A stretch of 63,760 bases of DNA from Octopus sinensis (lineage: Eukaryota): NCBI RefSeq assembly GCF_006345805.1, contig NW_021831860.1, forward strand, positions 1 through 63,760. The letters are read 5' to 3'. Within the stretch, counting starts at the first letter, position 1, and each line of letters opens with the position of its first letter. Shown here in pieces: positions 62,421 through 63,760 of this stretch. The translations under genes and the position numbers were made by a program. The notes beneath the pieces are model-generated. The model saw only the letters and a list, made by a program, of their open reading frames with translations, was not told the origin of the DNA and searched no databases.

Positions 62421-63760
62421 CAGGGGTCGGCAAATACTTTTGGAGAAGAGCCAATTTTGAACATTTTTGGAATTTCGAAAAGTTGAAGAGCCACCTTTTA
62501 CCAACTACTTTGTCAAAAATTTAAATTCATAAAATTAAATAGACATAATTTAAAAAATAATTAAGAATTCATTTTAAAAAATTAAATTAATTAGACGCAT
62601 TAATGAGAAATGTGATTCCTCATTTCTTTGGAAAGTTGGTTAATGTCTGGGTCGTAAGTCGTTAATTTTAATCTGAGGTTAGATTCCAAATTCGAATCTG
62701 TAATTTTGTCCCTTAATTTCGATTTTATATAATTCATATGAGAAAAACTTTGTTCACACATATAAGTGGACCCGAATATTGTCAAAATTCCGTATGAAAA
62801 TTTTTCTATTTCATAATAAGAATCTGGAAGAGAATTCAAGTTTCGAGAATCACATCTTCAAGTTTCTTTTGTTCTATATCCTCTTCAAACAGAATTAATA
62901 TTTTTTTCAAATAATATCACTTCCTCATACATGAAAAATGCAATATTTCCACTTCTTTGCAATTTTGAATTAAGTTTGTTAATTCTGATGTTATGTCAAC
63001 CATAAAATAGAATTTCCTGCAGCCATTGGTCATCACTTAATTCGGCATAATGAATTTTTTTCTCATTTAAAAAAGTTTGACTTCTTGCATACAAGAAGCA
63101 AACCGATTGAGAACGTTCCCTCTCGAAAGCCAGCAAACTTTGTTGTATTGAAGTAGATCAATATCTTCACCACGGGTTTGACCCCTTAAAGGCAATAATG
63201 CCAAAAGTTCTTGCCTCAGGAAATCTCGAGACATAACGAAAAAAAGAGATACCTAAGTATGACATGAACAATGATACTTGTGCAATGTCATTTATATCAA
63301 ATAAATCATCTATTGCTATTGAAATTGAATTAGACAATTTCATCTTAGAAACTTGTTGAACAAATAAATTCGAAGACATCTTAAAAGTCCTGTCGGCTAC
63401 TATTTTCGCAGATAAAGCTATATTAATTATCTTATTCACGATTTCTACCTTATTTGAAAAATCGTGAAAAAGTTCTTCAGAGGTTTTAATGAAACATGCC
63501 TTTATAAATTTGCCATCGGTAAATGGTTTTCCCCTTTTTGCGATCTCGTGGTTTATCGAAAAACTGGCAATATTTGCAGTCCTGACATTGTGATACCAAT
63601 ATTTAAAAGCGGAATTCTCAATCTGATTATTCTTTGCAAGTTCTTCTACAGCTTTCTTTCGCGAATCACCAATTGGATATTTTTTTGCGAAATTTGAGTG
63701 TTTTGTGTTAAGGTTTCTCTCTAATTTGACTTTTTATTTTGATTCAAAGTTTCCTGGCAA
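62421..63760 (-). mobile_element. hAT (SPIN/GTF2IRD2-like) transposon, runs off the window
   Basis: TIR CAGGGGTCGGCAAA at 62421. Motifs FGSTYMCEQSFSHMNYIKSKLR..TD.NL and KVCWLSRGNVL.RF. Confidence 0.88.

Overview
AT-rich eukaryotic DNA, probably from an animal with a compact gene structure. Genes use the standard code and mostly carry ultra-short GT-AG introns of about 21-33 nt, and TTAGGG-derived repeats are present. A dicyemid-like or other reduced parasite is a guess only. Intact-looking host genes are EXOSC10/RRP6, a tetraspanin, tRNA-Leu(AAG), a DHRS7B-like SDR and a small PWWP protein. Decayed or partial genes are eIF3e, a CPVL-like carboxypeptidase, an IRP1/aconitase C-terminus and a GBA2 N-terminus. 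These sit among many transposons: pogo/Tigger, Tc1, hAT, Ginger2/TDD, CRE, R4/Dong-like, RTE and I/Jockey-like LINEs, a tRNA-derived SINE and a Helitron remnant. The most striking structure is an 8-kb nest at 33350-41384 inside intron 1 of eIF3e. A pogo element whose DDE core is replaced by a coiled-coil sequence contains a Ginger2 element whose integrase breaks into a 1.3-kb telomere-derived 44-bp satellite, and that element also holds a CRE and a hAT. Transposase genes also carry host-sized micro-introns, and several gene loci switch from AC-rich to GT-rich strand composition. All family assignments rest on motifs recognised by eye; no database search was run.
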